A program made the position numbers and the translations under genes. This document shows positions 35,667-48,944 of a stretch of 64,000 nt of DNA, in pieces. Position 1 is the first letter of the stretch, and every line of letters starts with the position of its first letter. Source of the DNA: Piedraia hortae CBS 480.64 (Eukaryota). Location: assembly GCA_010093745.1 (NCBI GenBank), contig MU005976.1:1-64000 (forward strand). Reading direction: 5' to 3'. The notes under the pieces were generated by a model. The model made no database searches and was not told the DNA's origin. It worked only from the letters and a program-made list of their open reading frames with translations.

Positions 35667-38600
35667 CTAGTACGCGTCAGCTAACGGTGGATCATCTTTC
35701 CCCCACCACAGCAAACCCGGATCATCCAGGTCGTTTTCCAATTCATCGCCAGTATGCTCCTCTAGCCCAGAATATCCAACCCCCAAGCGAGGACGAAATC
35801 CTGATTTGCGGATCCAATCCTCGGGACAGCGACAATGTTGCTGAAGTTGTTCGACTTTGTCAAGCCACTCACGTTTGAATAATGTCACATAAAAGTGATT
35901 GAGATGTCGGAAGCGGATTACACCATTTCCCGCAGAAATGACTTCTTCCGCAGCGTATTGGTATGGCAGGCGGATAAGGTCACAGCCTTTGTATTGAATC
36001 CAGTCAGCTTCAGAGCTCCAAGGATGGTGGGTCAAAGGGTCGAGGAGTGGCTTTTCCATTGGAGTCTTTGGATACCGCGCTTTATACAGCTGCGTTTGTG
36101 GCTGTCCCTGGTCTGTTAAATTTTTGGGAGGGTTTCCAATTAGGGGCATTAGCTCAACAGGTTGGCCTATTGGCCAATACAGTTCGAAGCCCTGCGTTCC
36201 TGTCTCTACCCAGGTCCATACGGTTCTGTTCCAGTAGCCTGATATAATGGCCTTTCCTTGTGGTGAGAATCTGAGCATGGTGATGACTTTCAGTCCCAGT
36301 ATGATCAACTGCAACTTTCCAAACTCGGCGTCCCACACTCGCACGGCTTGGTCTGGCTTACCAAGCATGCACCTTGATACTGTTGCGATGGTGCGCCCGT
36401 CTGATGAAAACACATTATCCATGACTTTGAAGAACGGATCAGCGAATAGCTCAAGATACTGCTCGCATATTTCGACCGCATTGCCTCGCAAGGACACTGA
36501 CTTTTGGTTCCCACCTTTCGCGTCCCAAAGCCTCACATCGCCGGTAGCATCGCTTGATGCTACCGTGTCATCGACCGGTGAAACTGCGGCGGTGATTAGC
36601 TTCTCGACATGACCAGTGAAGATAGACATCTGTTCTCCTGATTTTGTGTTCCAAATTCTCACCGTGCAATCTTCAGAGCCCGACGCAATCATGTCGCCGT
36701 TCAAAGTGAATGCCAATGTACTTATTGTTGAAGTATGACCCTTCATAAGCGATATTTGTTTCCAGTTATGCGTGTCCCAGAGTCGCACGGAGGCATCATG
36801 CGAGCCCGTTGCCAGAAGTTGTCCATCAGGCGACATCTTGATAACTTTCACACTATCCGCGTGGCCCTCTAGCAATCTTCCTTCGGCTAGTAAGTTGCTC
36901 ATGTCGCGTACCTGCAAAGGTACCTCTTCCGTTCCAACAACCACGGTAGACTGATCGGGTAAAACTACCATGGCGGTAATTTCTGCCCCAATCATAGTGG
37001 TTTGGAAACGGGGTTCAATCCTTGCGTCCAAAACGCGCAGATCGCCGGCTTCGTTGCCCACCACCAGTTTTCTCCCACCAGACGACAATGCAAAAGCAGT
37101 GCAGCCATCAATGTCAATTTCAGAAGACACTTCCTCTTCGCCTGTCTCTGCGTTCAACAGGAAAAAGGGCTCGCAGATACCCGCCAAGGCCAATGTCTCG
37201 CCCTCTGGCGAAAAGGTGAATTGCAAGGCCGTATTCCCATCAAAAACCCATTCCTGTGACCAGGTTGACGTGTTCCACAAGCATATCGTGCCGCTCTCGC
37301 AGCCTGAAGCCAGCCGACTTCCATTTGGAGAGAATGCGAGACAGCTGATGTCGTCGGAATGTTCTTCCAAGCTTGCGACTTCATCTCCCGAGCTTGTAGA
37401 CCAGATTTTGACGGAGCAATCAGTCAGCGAGGATACCACTGTCCCACTATCTGGAGAGAACACTACTGGGGAGCCCGGACGTCTCTCTTTACTGATGTCG
37501 AGTTGTTTTGTTTTGGTCCTCAGATTGTGGAGTGTGATGACCCCCTGAGAGTCCACAGCGGCGAGTTGCGCGTCTGGTGAGATGCCACATATTTGACTTG
37601 AATCTTTCGATCTGTCGAATAGGACCTTCACCTCTTTGGTTAACATATTTATTATGAGTGCGCAGTCCAAGGAGCTCATACTCAGGTTTCGTCCATCGGG
37701 CAGAAATCTGAGCTCATGAATGTGGCTCCGACCATTTTTGACCCAGTAGAGCTCCGCGTCGGTATTCATATCGGTATCCCACAGACGCACGTTGCCGTTG
37801 TATAATCCTGCTGCTACTGTCTTATTGTCAGGCGATATGGCCACACAGGAAACACTATCACCATATCTTATTCTCTGTTGTAATGGGCCCCAATCATCAT
37901 GTCTAGAGAAGCACATATCCAGGTTTTGTTCAATCAAATGATTAAATCTAGCCCTGACAATGCTTTTTGATGGTGAACGAACTAGTGCAGCCAAATATGT
38001 TTGCAACGGGGTGGTGCTGACAAGATCCTGGAAGGCTGCGATCCAGCGGATTGCATCCTCTAGGAACGCTTTAAAGTCATGCGTTCGGTTGTCCTGCTGG
38101 ATCGTTAGCCACTATGGTATGTTGGAGCCATGTGCAGAGGGTAGCCTACCCAAACAGCATGCAGCCGCAGCTGGTTCACAATGCTAATTGCGTCCTTTAT
38201 TTTGCCAAGCCAGCTCATGCACTCTATCCAGTGGAGAAAGTGCCGCTTCAGAAACTCATCTACGTTCTCAAGCTCTATCAAGCCTGGATTGAGCTTGATC
38301 AAGTGGCTGCACCAGTTGCAAGCTGCATACCTGACTGCTTCCGAGATGTGCGAATCTATTTGATCACGGCTGATTCTTTTCCGCGATGTTCCGGGGCACA
38401 TTGGGCCGCATATTCCGCCTCCAACAACACCTTCGCTCAATCCATGCTGTAGAAAGCTACTACGGAGGAGCTCAAGACATCTTTCAAGCAGCACTCGATG
38501 CGTTTCTTTCTCATTGATCCGAAACTGAGCCTGGGCCTTGTCGTGGAGATTGACCAAACAATCCCGAAAAGAAAGATGGTATGTGGTGATTGGTTTGGAG

Positions 38601-40763
38601 TCCTCGATTGGCACCTGAATGACCGAATACAGCGGATCGAGGGCTTCTCTAACTTCAGCTGGCGAGCAGTCCAGTAACTCCGCAAGAGCTCGGAGAGAGA
38701 GCGGTTGGTTTAAGAGGATGAGCGGCTTGACGATGCTTTCAAACAGTGGCTCCCAGTGATAGTTCTTTTGGCCATCAGCATCAATGCTCGCATGCCTCAG
38801 TATGGGAAGGTACAATTGTTCCAATCGGGATGTCAAATTATCGGAGCGTTGAGTAAATAGATCCTGCAAACGTCCCTGGGGATTTGCAGTGTCAATGTAT
38901 CTGCAAATTGTTGATGCCACAATAAAAACTGGCTTGGACTGTTGTACCAATGCTTCAATATTTGTTTCACCAGGCCAGTCCTCCCCAAGGTTTGCAAGTC
39001 TCCGAACACTTGGACGGCCACGGATCTTGGCAAACTCTGCTATGAAAAACTTGCGCATGTCCTGTCCAATTGACATCTCTTGTGCATCATCCAAATCCAT
39101 GCGCGTACAAAGCGTGGAATCCATGGTATCGAATGTGTCTTCAATGATGCGATCCGGCCGACTCGTGACCAGAACCTGCAAATTGGTGGAATGTATTTTA
39201 ACCAAAGTGCCTAAAAGAGGCAAAAGCGTTTCAATCCCCTTGGCATCATCACACTCATCGAGTGAGTCAATCACAATGATAATACGCGTCCTGTTCACGC
39301 GACCTTGTGATATGGCTTCACAGGGAGCCTGCAGCAGGTACCGAAATTGGTAATCCATATTGGCCCCGGGAAGCTGCGAGTCCTCCCTGAGGGCATTTGC
39401 AATTCCTGTTGCCAGACTGGACATTGTATCAGCCAGTTGTCGGGCTACAGTGGGAACAAGATAAGCGATCCTTTCCAAATTTCCTCCGCCGCGTTTGAAG
39501 AAAAAGCTGGCGACTATGCATTTCTCGCCACCAACAATCTCCCCATCCAGCTTTCGTGCGACGGTACGAGCAATGGTAGTTTTTCCAGTCCCTGCTTTGC
39601 CTCTAAGCCAAAATATCTTGGGGTTGCCAAGACTGGCCGCCCATTGCACAATGTCCGCCAGAATATCAACACGTGTATCATTCAAACAGAAACTATCGCC
39701 CGCTTTGTATGTCGCCCCCCCAGCTACTTTTAGCTTTGAGAGGACCAATTCGAGGTTTACCAGATTAATCTTGTCTTCTACCTTCTTCACATCATCCTTG
39801 AGTTCATTTTCCAGTCCGCTGATTTGCTGTTGCAGTCCAATCCTCCACTCGCTCGTTTCGTCGTGGTCACAGTCGCGCAAGCGACCCTGCACTCTTTCAC
39901 AAAGCTTATCGCACCGTTGTTTGAATCCTGCAAAGTCGCTGTCACCCGCTAAAGCATTCCACAAGCGCTTGACAGAGCCCGTAGATTGTGCAAGAATGGC
40001 ACAAGCAGAGATGCGATAGATTTGGGCATAAAGCTCAACAATGTCTTCGCTCAATGTTTTGGACATTGGAGACGGCTTAAGCTTGCAGAACCAGTGATAG
40101 TAAACTCCCAAGAGTCGGCTGACATACAATACAGTGTCGAGTGCATCGACAAGTGCTTCTTGCTGTTCCTTATGTTTGGTGGCAATCTGGCGGTAGAGTA
40201 TCAGCTGAGGCATATGTATATAAGCGAATACTCCTTACCACGATGAGGGCATTTATTCCGGCCCAAACCCCTCCCAAGGTGGTGGACTGAATGCTTGCAA
40301 GGGCTTGCCCGGAGTCTTGGAAGCGGTCAAGCCTGATCAAGAAAAGCTGTGTCTTCTTAACCACAACATTTCGGTTATCCTCATAGAGTTTCTCAGTATA
40401 AAGAAGTGCTTTGGCTTTGTCCATTACAACGATCAAATCTTCGGTCCCATCGCTATCGTGGTCAAGTCTGGAGAGCAGCACGTTACATTCATCCTTGTTG
40501 AGCTTTTCGAGTGCTAGCTCCCTGAGGTGGCGCGGATTCCTGGCATCTTTGGGAGAGGACTGGACAGTCCGAGAAATCACCAACGCTGGACTTTCAGTTA
40601 CTTGGTTAGGTAGAGGAACAGGCAATAGATTCCCACTTCGCGAGGGGATCTGGCTGGGCTGCGAGGCATCCAATGACGGATCATCTTGCGCTGGATGCCG
40701 GCGGGAACGAATGGCCGACTTGGACCTTTTCAACCAACCACGAAAGGAACGTTCTTCTGGCAT
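35667..40763 (-). CDS. Fungal NLR-like NACHT-WD40 (NWD/HET-E-like STAND) protein, 3 exons (introns 40187-40238 and 38097-38149)
   Basis: P-loop GKAGTGKTT, ASFFFKRG, Walker B IIVIDSLDEC, VLVTSRP, HLSFRDCL, FLHWIECMS; repeated GH..V..SPDG..LASGS.D..VR.W WD40 units. Both introns are GT..AG and keep the frame. Confidence 0.93.
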
Positions 40764-40993
40764 TCCTAGAGTAAAATAGGTTCCTCACAGAACACAGCAT
40801 TAACATGAGGTCTTTTTCAGCCCTGCATGCAGGCTCAGCCACGAGGTTGTTGGCTGCATTGCAGTTGGTGCCGGGAAGAGGTTGGTAACCACACATGCAT
40901 CAAGAAATGCCATTTGAATTGACTACATATAACTTATGCCCTCGTGATATCTGTACATTAATATGTATCATCTGCGTGATGGTGTTGACGTTG

Positions 40994-41117
40994 TGTTGTG
41001 AATATGCGGTATATTACGCGCATTATTAGTAACCGTCGCTCGGCTCTCGACTTCACGCGTCAACTAGTTTTCCGTAGAGATTTGTATGCAGGTACACATC
41101 TGCTCACAATTATAATA
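40994..41117 (-). mobile_element. Solo LTR family A, copy 3 (124 bp), 230 bp upstream of the NLR start
   Basis: Perfect TSD CGTTG (40989-40993 and 41118-41122); 5' TG mutated to TA; identical to bases 1-81 over the shared part. Confidence 0.92.
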
Positions 41118-41442
41118 CGTTGCGATCAAGCGGTCTGACCGCAATATGACATCATACTGCGTTGACTCTGCGTCATCCATCGCATTCCACGAATAACTCC
41201 ACTTTGATCCAAAGTGAATATTAAGCGTAGCACCTTGGAAGCCACTGCGTTGGGGGCATTGCGGTTAGGGCGAGTGTCACGATCTGCGGAGGGATAGATT
41301 GAGGCAACGGCAACGAGATTGGATTCTGGATCGAAAGAACGACAAGGGCTGGTAAAAAATAAACAAGTTGAGAGAGGCGATGGAAGGATAAGCTGAGCAG
41401 CAGCTGAACTATATACGGGCGCGTCGTCATATGATAGTGGGA

Positions 41443-41469
41443 CAACAACAACAACAACAACAACAACAA
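41443..41469 (+). repeat. (CAA)9 microsatellite
   Basis: Read directly from the sequence. Confidence 0.95.
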
Positions 41470-42068
41470 GTAGTACTGACTTGATTGATCCTGGTGACGT
41501 TCGCATCGCGGGGTGAATCATCTCTCCGACGCGGACCTCCCTGCTTACTTTTTTCGAAAGTTTGGAGGGGTGTGTTAGAGCATATCCGTATCTTTGGAAT
41601 GTGACACCGGCTAAGGTTATTTCTCACCTCACACCAAGTTTCTTCACAGTTGTACATCGATGCCCAGACAGCTTTGGGGTCGTAACAATCTCCCATGATT
41701 GTTTCCGCTATCTCATGCATCTTGTGCTTTATGTCCTTCTATGTTGCCGAGTGCATTATGGTAGTCTGCGGGCTGTTTCATATTCTAGATCATATTCACA
41801 ACAGCGGTGGAACTGCCGAGGCGACTACCCACTCACCGTCAGTAAATAAATTCTCACAGATACCGTAAATTGACAAGGTTTAAAGTTATGTGAAGACAAG
41901 AAATATGTGCAAGAACATGATGTTTCAGCCTCGACCGAGACAGCCAAGTACACCAAAGGCATCATCGGCTATACAAAACACAAACAGGGATATCGCTCTG
42001 CCAAAAACACAACCATTCTGATAAGAACACCAAGCTCCTACCAACTCCCACCTCCCCATTATAAATGT

Positions 42069-43996
42069 CTACTTTCCCGCCGTCAAAGATGTGCTCGGCT
42101 GGAGGGTATGCGTATGATTAGGAGCCGAGACGATGGTGCCGTTTTCCTCCTGTCTACAAACAAGACTGTTTTGTACCCAAGGATCATGTAGAATTTCGTC
42201 CATGGTGGCTCGTGTTCGCGGATTGAGGTCCAGCATGCGGCTAATAATGGGTCTACTTTCTCGCGGAAGGAGGCGGAGCAACCGCATAGGTCCTTTGACT
42301 TGATCTGGCTTACTACTGCCTTGGTTGGCCGCGCTTAGGCTGTTAGTGCTCACTTTGCGCGAGTGATTGCCTTGGCTTTCCACATCCGTCACACTTGATG
42401 CCCGGGACGGTGGCAAACTTGGTGGATCGGGAGGGGCAGCGAAAAGGCGGAAGCTGTTGTCGCTCGAGCGCGGAGCCTTCCAAGGGAAGCGGCGCAATGT
42501 CATACAGCAGTAGATTATGGCAATGGACCATACATCGACAGCGCGGGGGTCGTATTTCATGCTGTCGTACACCTCTGGCGCAAGATATGGGTCGGACCCA
42601 ACGACGCCTGGCCCTGTTAGCCTGTCATTCTTACCTTGCACACCCATAACGCACCCGTAGCTGGAATAATCTCATTCTCCGCGCCTCCTATCCGGAAAAC
42701 GACAGCGCTACCAAAGTCAATGAGCTTCATGATGCCGCCGTCGTTGATGACTACGTTGTCCAACTTCAAGTCCCGGTGAGCCATTCCCAGTCGGTGTAGA
42801 TAGCAGACGCCGCTGAAAATTTGCATCGTCGCACACACCACTTCCTCTCTTGACATCTTGCCCGTCATAACCGTCGCAAAAAGATCATACGGTGCGTACT
42901 CCATCACCTCGTACCACTTGTCCTTTTCGTAGATTATGTCAATAGTTTCAATAATGTTCCCGTGGTGTAGCATCGATCCAATGCAGAATTCGGTTGTGAC
43001 CTTCTTGCTGTACTCTTTTTCACTTTCGTAGGAATGTCTATCCCGAAATTGCTTCACGGCAAACACTCTTCCGTCGCTTGTCCGCTTCATCAGCCGCACC
43101 GACCCGCCAGCCCCGGTACCCAACACTTTGCCGAATCTGCCATACTTTGACTCCAGACCATGGTCGTCCGCAAACGGCACGCTGGGCAGTGACGATTTGG
43201 AGACATCTCTTGAGTGGCCCTTATGTTTGCTGTCCCCAAATTTGAAGAAACGTTTGAGATTGGACTTTGAACTGTTCCGAGACGCCGGCTGGGAATCCTT
43301 ATCCGACAAGCTGCTGTGATCGGTCACTTTCCAGCCGAAAATGCTCGATCTCTTGTGCTCTGCGCCAATGCTGGCAACGCTAGACTGCCGGCTCTGGAGC
43401 ATGGGCACAACAGCAGCTGCCGAGGCGGGAATGTTGATTTCGGATTGGTTGATGGTCGTGAATCCTTGTCCTGGATCGCGATCACCAAATCGGTACTTGG
43501 ACAAGGTCGGCGCCAGCCTTGGTGTTCCCGGTCCCGAGCCGGTGTCTCTCGGGCTCCCCATTGGGCTAACATCGCGAGAGCCCGGCTGTGAGGATGGACC
43601 GATTGCGAAGTTCTTCATCAGGTGCTGCCTCTCTGCCGACTTTGTTCGCTGAGGGAATGTGTCCTGCCGGGGGCTGGGTCCTGCCCGTGATTTGTTACTC
43701 GTTTCGCTCACGTCTGCTGGGGCAAATGAGGCGGCAGCGGCTCTGGGCGAGCCTGGACCGGCTATCCTGGGCGTTGTGGACCCCGAGGCGACACGCGAGA
43801 CGGCCGCAGAACCGGGCAGAGACACGGGTTCAAAGGCCTGAAGCGGCAACGGCCGACTCTTAATATTACCCTGGAGCGCCGTTTTGAGCTGCTGCAGCTG
43901 CGCCTGCTCTTCGGCATCTCGCTGCCCGACATCTCTGGCCACTATTTCCTCATCATGGGGAGCAAATCGCACGCTGTGCTGGGCTGACGTGGCCAT
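42069..43996 (-). CDS. SAT4: HAL4/SAT4-family (NPR/HAL5) Ser/Thr protein kinase, intron 42608-42654
   Basis: [89 protein letters not shown]. Confidence 0.92.
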
Positions 43997-46147
43997 TTGC
44001 TGCGGGATTGCCTGGACGCCTGTACTATCTGGCACGCAGAAGACCACTGTCTACAGGCCCTGCACCTGCTCAGAAAGGTATTGCGCGAATACGGTGAAGG
44101 ACTACAAGTTTTCATGGTGGGGCGGGGTGGAGGGCGGAGAAATTATGAGGATTTAGCAGCTGAATATCCGCATTGGGAAGGCGGGGTGAGGTAATTAACG
44201 TCAGCGATGAGTCATCATCCCCCGTCTTCAACCGTGGCGCTCAACAGTTGGCCCCTGGTTTGTGACCAGCACACGCCACCGACATGTAAAAAATCTCTCC
44301 GCTGCATGGACACGCCTCGAAAAAGCACAGCCCCCAGTCACTCGGCGTGAGGCTGCGTACTCTACGGCCGTTGGCATTCCTGAACAAGAAAGCCCGACAG
44401 TTGTGTCGCAGTCGGTTGGGCCCTATTCAACGGGCGTTGAACCAGATCTCATGTCTTGCATTAATAAGTGGATACAGCGGCGAGGCGGTGCAACTGGGAC
44501 CTCCTGATTCTTGCAGTCTCCAGATTAATATACCCCACATCCATTTCATTGGACATGTGATGTGTCACCGACCTTCACTGATCACGACAAAGTCGTCTAT
44601 GAACGTAGTTCAATGAGAGGCTGCTCGCTCGGTGGATCTCCAGTCGGAACATAACGGAACTTGTTGAATTTATGCCGTTGGTGATCGTCTTCGAGTGTGG
44701 CTTCGCAAGCTTTGCATTTTGTATTTCCCCCAAGATTGGTTTCGAACTCCGCCGTCGTAGTTACAAAGCATCAGTTGCATGCGGCTCACCTTTAGTTGAT
44801 CTATCATCTCTTCCCCGCCCACACTTGCCAAGCATCAATCGCTTTGGGGAAACAGAGTTTCAGGCTACTAATGAAGCAGCTAGAGTATGTGGATACAATT
44901 GCCAAGCTCTTACCGTATCCAGTTTCTTGTCTCGAGCTCTCAATTCTCTCTCATCTGACGTGTTACTCCCCTGATGCTGTAAGGCTGTGTATCGCATGCC
45001 TGGAAATTGGGATACTGAAATTAGAAGGAGCTTCCTTCTGGTTCTAGCCGGCCTCTGAAATAAATAAAGGAACAGTCTTTTTTGACCTTGAATGGCGTGC
45101 ACCCAGTACAAATGAAATGTTTCTATATTGTACCTCGAGGCTGTCCGTTCATAGCCTTCGACGAATCATATAATTCGCCGGCGCCAAGCTAAAGATATGG
45201 CAAGAACACGGTTCTGGTGAGACAGCGTTCGGCTTATGTGTGGTATACGCTCAAGACTGACAACTGCAGCAGCTAAGCTGACATAGTCCTACAATGCGAT
45301 GAGGAGAATGTGTGAATCTTTATTCGCTGACGACGGCCACCTGTACACAACCGAAATCGATAGATTGCGACATCCATCTGCGACATCCATCTACCACTCA
45401 TGCGTTTCCAGAAGTGGCGAGGGACGAGAACATGATGACACAACTAAAACATTCGACATTAGTCATTGGTCAATTTCGACTTGAAGATTTCAACACCAAA
45501 TCACGTGCGGCCCCCCGGTCCACTTGGTTCGGGCCGCCAGTATCACACACTGAAAAGCTATCGTGCGAAAGTCAACGACTATCACTGCTGATATGCGTAA
45601 ATTCACAGAACTCGCGCAAAAAGCGAATCAAACTCGATGAATACCAAAGTTTACCGGAATGAATTGGATTATGTTCCGTCGAGTTGAAAATTCGACCGCC
45701 TTAGTTGTCGCATACCGTAGCTTTCACTTTTGTTGTGGTCAATCATGATCATGGTGGGTTTAGCTTGCAAGCATAACATTTCACAATAACTGCCCTCATG
45801 AAAAGATGATTTGTATTTGAGAAGTTAAGACTGAAGATATCTTATTCCTTTGAGGACAGTATTGTGGCATTGCACCTCACCGAATTCTAAACATGCATTA
45901 CTTTTCCAAGATGGCTTGCCTTGGATTAGTGATATGGAAAAAGCTAGTTGACATTACATTCAATGGATCGACCACAGGTACTGCAGGCTGTTCGCGGCCG
46001 CAGCATTGGTGCACAAACACTTTTGATGGCCTACAATCTCTCCGCCAGACAGATCAACAATTTTCAGGTGGTCAAGTGATGTATTTGGGGGTTGTGTACT
46101 GGTGTTGGCCACGGAAAAACGTTTGGAGAATAGTAACCATGCTAGTC

Positions 46148-47659
46148 CTAATTCTTATTACCGCGGCCACGAGCACTGCCACGTCCACGGCCGATAATAC
46201 CCCTTTGACGGACGGGAATTCTTAACGCCTGAGTGGTGGCATCATGCCGAGTGAGTGGCGTTCGGGCACGCTGAGGCAACGCGACAATCTCATGACTGCG
46301 CAGGCGTTGATGAGACTGGTGACCTGGATCCTCCCAAACTCCCGTTGTAAAAAAACGGGCTTCAGCGAGGAGGAGGGCATTGGCGTTCGATTTGCGCTTC
46401 TTCCTCGCGGGTTGGCCGCCTGGGCTGAGATCACTTCTTTGGGACTTTCGCTTGTTCGAAATGCCATCGATATCACCCGTTTTACCAGATTTCTTGGCGG
46501 ACGCCGGATCATTCTCCGCTCCGTCGCTAGACACACGGACATCGCTCAATTTGGTAGTAACTGTTTCCATATTGATAGGATATCCTCCCGAAACGGCATG
46601 GCCGATGGCATTGGGAAGTGTTTCCTGGCAATCATGCTTCGGATTAGATGACTGGACCTTGATGGAGTTAGCAGGTTCCTTGTTGCTAGAGACAATGCCA
46701 GTACAACCGATAGAAGTTTCGCCGTGGCCGGTACCCTTGTCATCGAGTGTTTTGGCGTCTTCGATCGCAGCTGCGTTGATCGTAGTCTTTTTTAAGGTCG
46801 TACCGGTAGACGTGTTGTCTTTAAGCCCAGTGTCCTTGGACGTAGTGTCATGAGAAGAGTTCTTCGGCGACTTGCCCTCATCAGGCACGCCGTTATTACC
46901 GGCATCCTGCCTACTGGAGCCCATACCAACATCCATTGTCATGTAATTGTCACCATTCTCATTTTGCGTAGCCTTCAAGCCATCAGTTCCCTCATCAACA
47001 CCACCATCGACATTATTGGCATCAAGCTGGTGAGTAACAAGTACATCATCGGCCTGCAAGCTTTCAATGCATTGTTCAGACGCTTCGACTTCGTCGTAAG
47101 TCTTGCCACTCTCAATCTCGTCATTTCCCTTAATAGCCGTATGTTCATGGCCCTTCGTGTCATCAGGAGCATAAGTATTATGGGCGTTCGCGCCAGTCCG
47201 GACACCAACAAAGACATGTTCACCTTCCGTAGGAACACAAGTATGTGTCTCGGCGGGTCCATTCTTGTCAGTCGTAGCACTGCCCTTCTCCACAACTTTC
47301 GAAGTATTCCGATTGGACACGTGATTTTGAAAAGCTGATAGCAGATAAGGGCCGACAGGCATGGAGGCAGGCAAACATAAATTAGCAGGCAGAGGCTGCG
47401 TCGGCGACTTCATCGCATTTTCGACGTTGGTAACAAGGTCTTTATCGGCCTGGGCAATCTTAGCAGCCGTGCCATCGTCGGCGCCCGTGCTGGCATGCTT
47501 AGGGGAAGAAGCAGAGGCTTGACCGTCCGAAAAAGCGCCATCAAAACCCCAGGTAGGGCTGCCTAAGAGGGTGGCCTGGGATTTGATTTCTTTGTGCACA
47601 GTGACGGGCGTGCCTGGCTCAGCCATGGCGTCCATGGTGAAAGAGGTAGGATAGGACAT
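46148..47659 (-). CDS. Hypothetical low-complexity (T/D/G/N-rich) protein, 503 aa, with a basic NLS-like C-terminus
   Basis: Long intact ORF preceded by a pyrimidine-rich leader; KRKSQR and RKKRKS clusters. No domain recognised. Confidence 0.65.
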   Translation of the reverse strand: MSYPTSFTMDAMAEPGTPVTVHKEIKSQATLLGSPTWGFDGAFSDGQASASSPKHASTGADDGTAAKIAQADKDLVTNVENAMKSPTQPLPANLCLPASMPVGPYLLSAFQNHVSNRNTSKVVEKGSATTDKNGPAETHTCVPTEGEHVFVGVRTGANAHNTYAPDDTKGHEHTAIKGNDEIESGKTYDEVEASEQCIESLQADDVLVTHQLDANNVDGGVDEGTDGLKATQNENGDNYMTMDVGMGSSRQDAGNNGVPDEGKSPKNSSHDTTSKDTGLKDNTSTGTTLKKTTINAAAIEDAKTLDDKGTGHGETSIGCTGIVSSNKEPANSIKVQSSNPKHDCQETLPNAIGHAVSGGYPINMETVTTKLSDVRVSSDGAENDPASAKKSGKTGDIDGISNKRKSQRSDLSPGGQPARKKRKSNANALLLAEARFFTTGVWEDPGHQSHQRLRSHEIVALPQRARTPLTRHDATTQALRIPVRQRGIIGRGRGSARGRGNKN

Positions 47660-48571
47660 GATAACGAAGGGAGTTTAATGAGTGTGTGTAATGAAAGGAG
47701 GGTGTGTGTAAAGAGAAAAATGGGAGGTGGGCGAGGCGGGAGGAGAAAAGACTGTGATGCAAATTTCTCTGAAAGGTGGAGACCCTGTGCGAGCAACGGC
47801 TTATACCGTAGGCCCGTTGGCACGTGATGCACCCTGTGTTTTGGGAATGTATCTATTTAGGTTGTTGGATAGACATAGGGATATGGTATAGGAGACCTGG
47901 GAGAAATTTTGAGACATTTCGGGGGTTTCGCTATCGATTTCTGATTGCATCGTGTTTGTTAGTAGACAGTGGCAGTTCCCGGCTTTGATGGGACAATGAC
48001 CCAAAAGCTAAGAGATAAGAATACACCTTGAACAAGGTGTACTGGATGATGGGATTGTTTATTATCTGGCTGATCTCTCCACAAAGGCTCTCTGTGTAGC
48101 CTGTGCTGCGTACCAAAAGGGCCAAACGCGTGTGTACTTACTTTATACTATCAAAACCACGTAAGCAGAATGTAGGATTGATTGTAAGAAAATTTGATAT
48201 GGCAAGCCTTAGTTCCTTCCAAACGGGGTTAATCAAGCAGATGGTCAGTAGCTCCATCCACAACCTCATCGAGAGGCCCAGAAGGGCAGTAGGCAAGAGG
48301 TATGAGTAGAGAGGAAGTTCCAGTTTCATACAGCTATGCATGGTTGTCTCTTTTGTAATCCCGAGATGAAAGACGTTTCCCGTAATTTATATTTACCAGA
48401 GAGTTCCAAATCGTGAAAGCATCGAAACAATGCGCTACTGATGTTAGCGGCTTCCCTGGTCATATGGACAACCACACAAACCTCTTTCGCCCGGCCCATC
48501 TTTTAACCTCCCTTTTATTCGCCCCTGATACTTATCCACTAACACAATCCACCGCAACATTGAAAACATCC

Positions 48572-48901
48572 ATGGCACCCATGTTTCTGTCCTCGTCTTC
48601 CGGCAGCAACAACTTTTTCCGGATGAGCACAAGCGAAATGGCAAACGACCCGTTCTCCAACAACACCGCCACCAAGCCTGGCGAAGAGTCTAATGTTTTC
48701 CACCCAACGTCCAGCGAAGGCTCAACCTTCAGGTCCGACACCGAAAATAGAACGCAAGCAAACGGTGACTCTCCATCTTTCGGTGAAGAAATTCAATACA
48801 ACCACCTGGTGTCCAGTATAGCTCTCGCGGCGGTCATGGCCAGGAAGGGCAGGAACGACGGAAACGCCTCGCCTGTGCGACCCAAGCGACGCAAGGTATA
48901 G
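48572..48901 (+). CDS. YDPHGGxYYW family, copy 3: intact 109-aa ORF with a different C-terminus
   Basis: MAPMFLSSSSGSNNFFRMSTSEMANDPFSNNTATKPGE...SFGEEIQY..SSIALA aligns with copies 1 and 2; the 5' flank (ACTTATCCACTAACACAATCCAC) is also homologous. Ends in PVRPKRRKV. Confidence 0.65.
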   Translation: MAPMFLSSSSGSNNFFRMSTSEMANDPFSNNTATKPGEESNVFHPTSSEGSTFRSDTENRTQANGDSPSFGEEIQYNHLVSSIALAAVMARKGRNDGNASPVRPKRRKV

Positions 48902-48944
48902 GAAGATATCGAGTCCCCTCAGCCACAGCCGCAGCCGCAGAACC

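Noticed and set aside
36100..37900. Highly conserved hypervariable WD repeats or an amyloid signalling motif in the NLR
   Set aside because: The WD units are clearly divergent from each other, and no HET-s-like motif or adjacent HeLo effector gene was found.
44200..46100. Short ORFs upstream of the kinase gene
   Set aside because: No recognisable motifs or repeats; most likely promoter and intergenic DNA.
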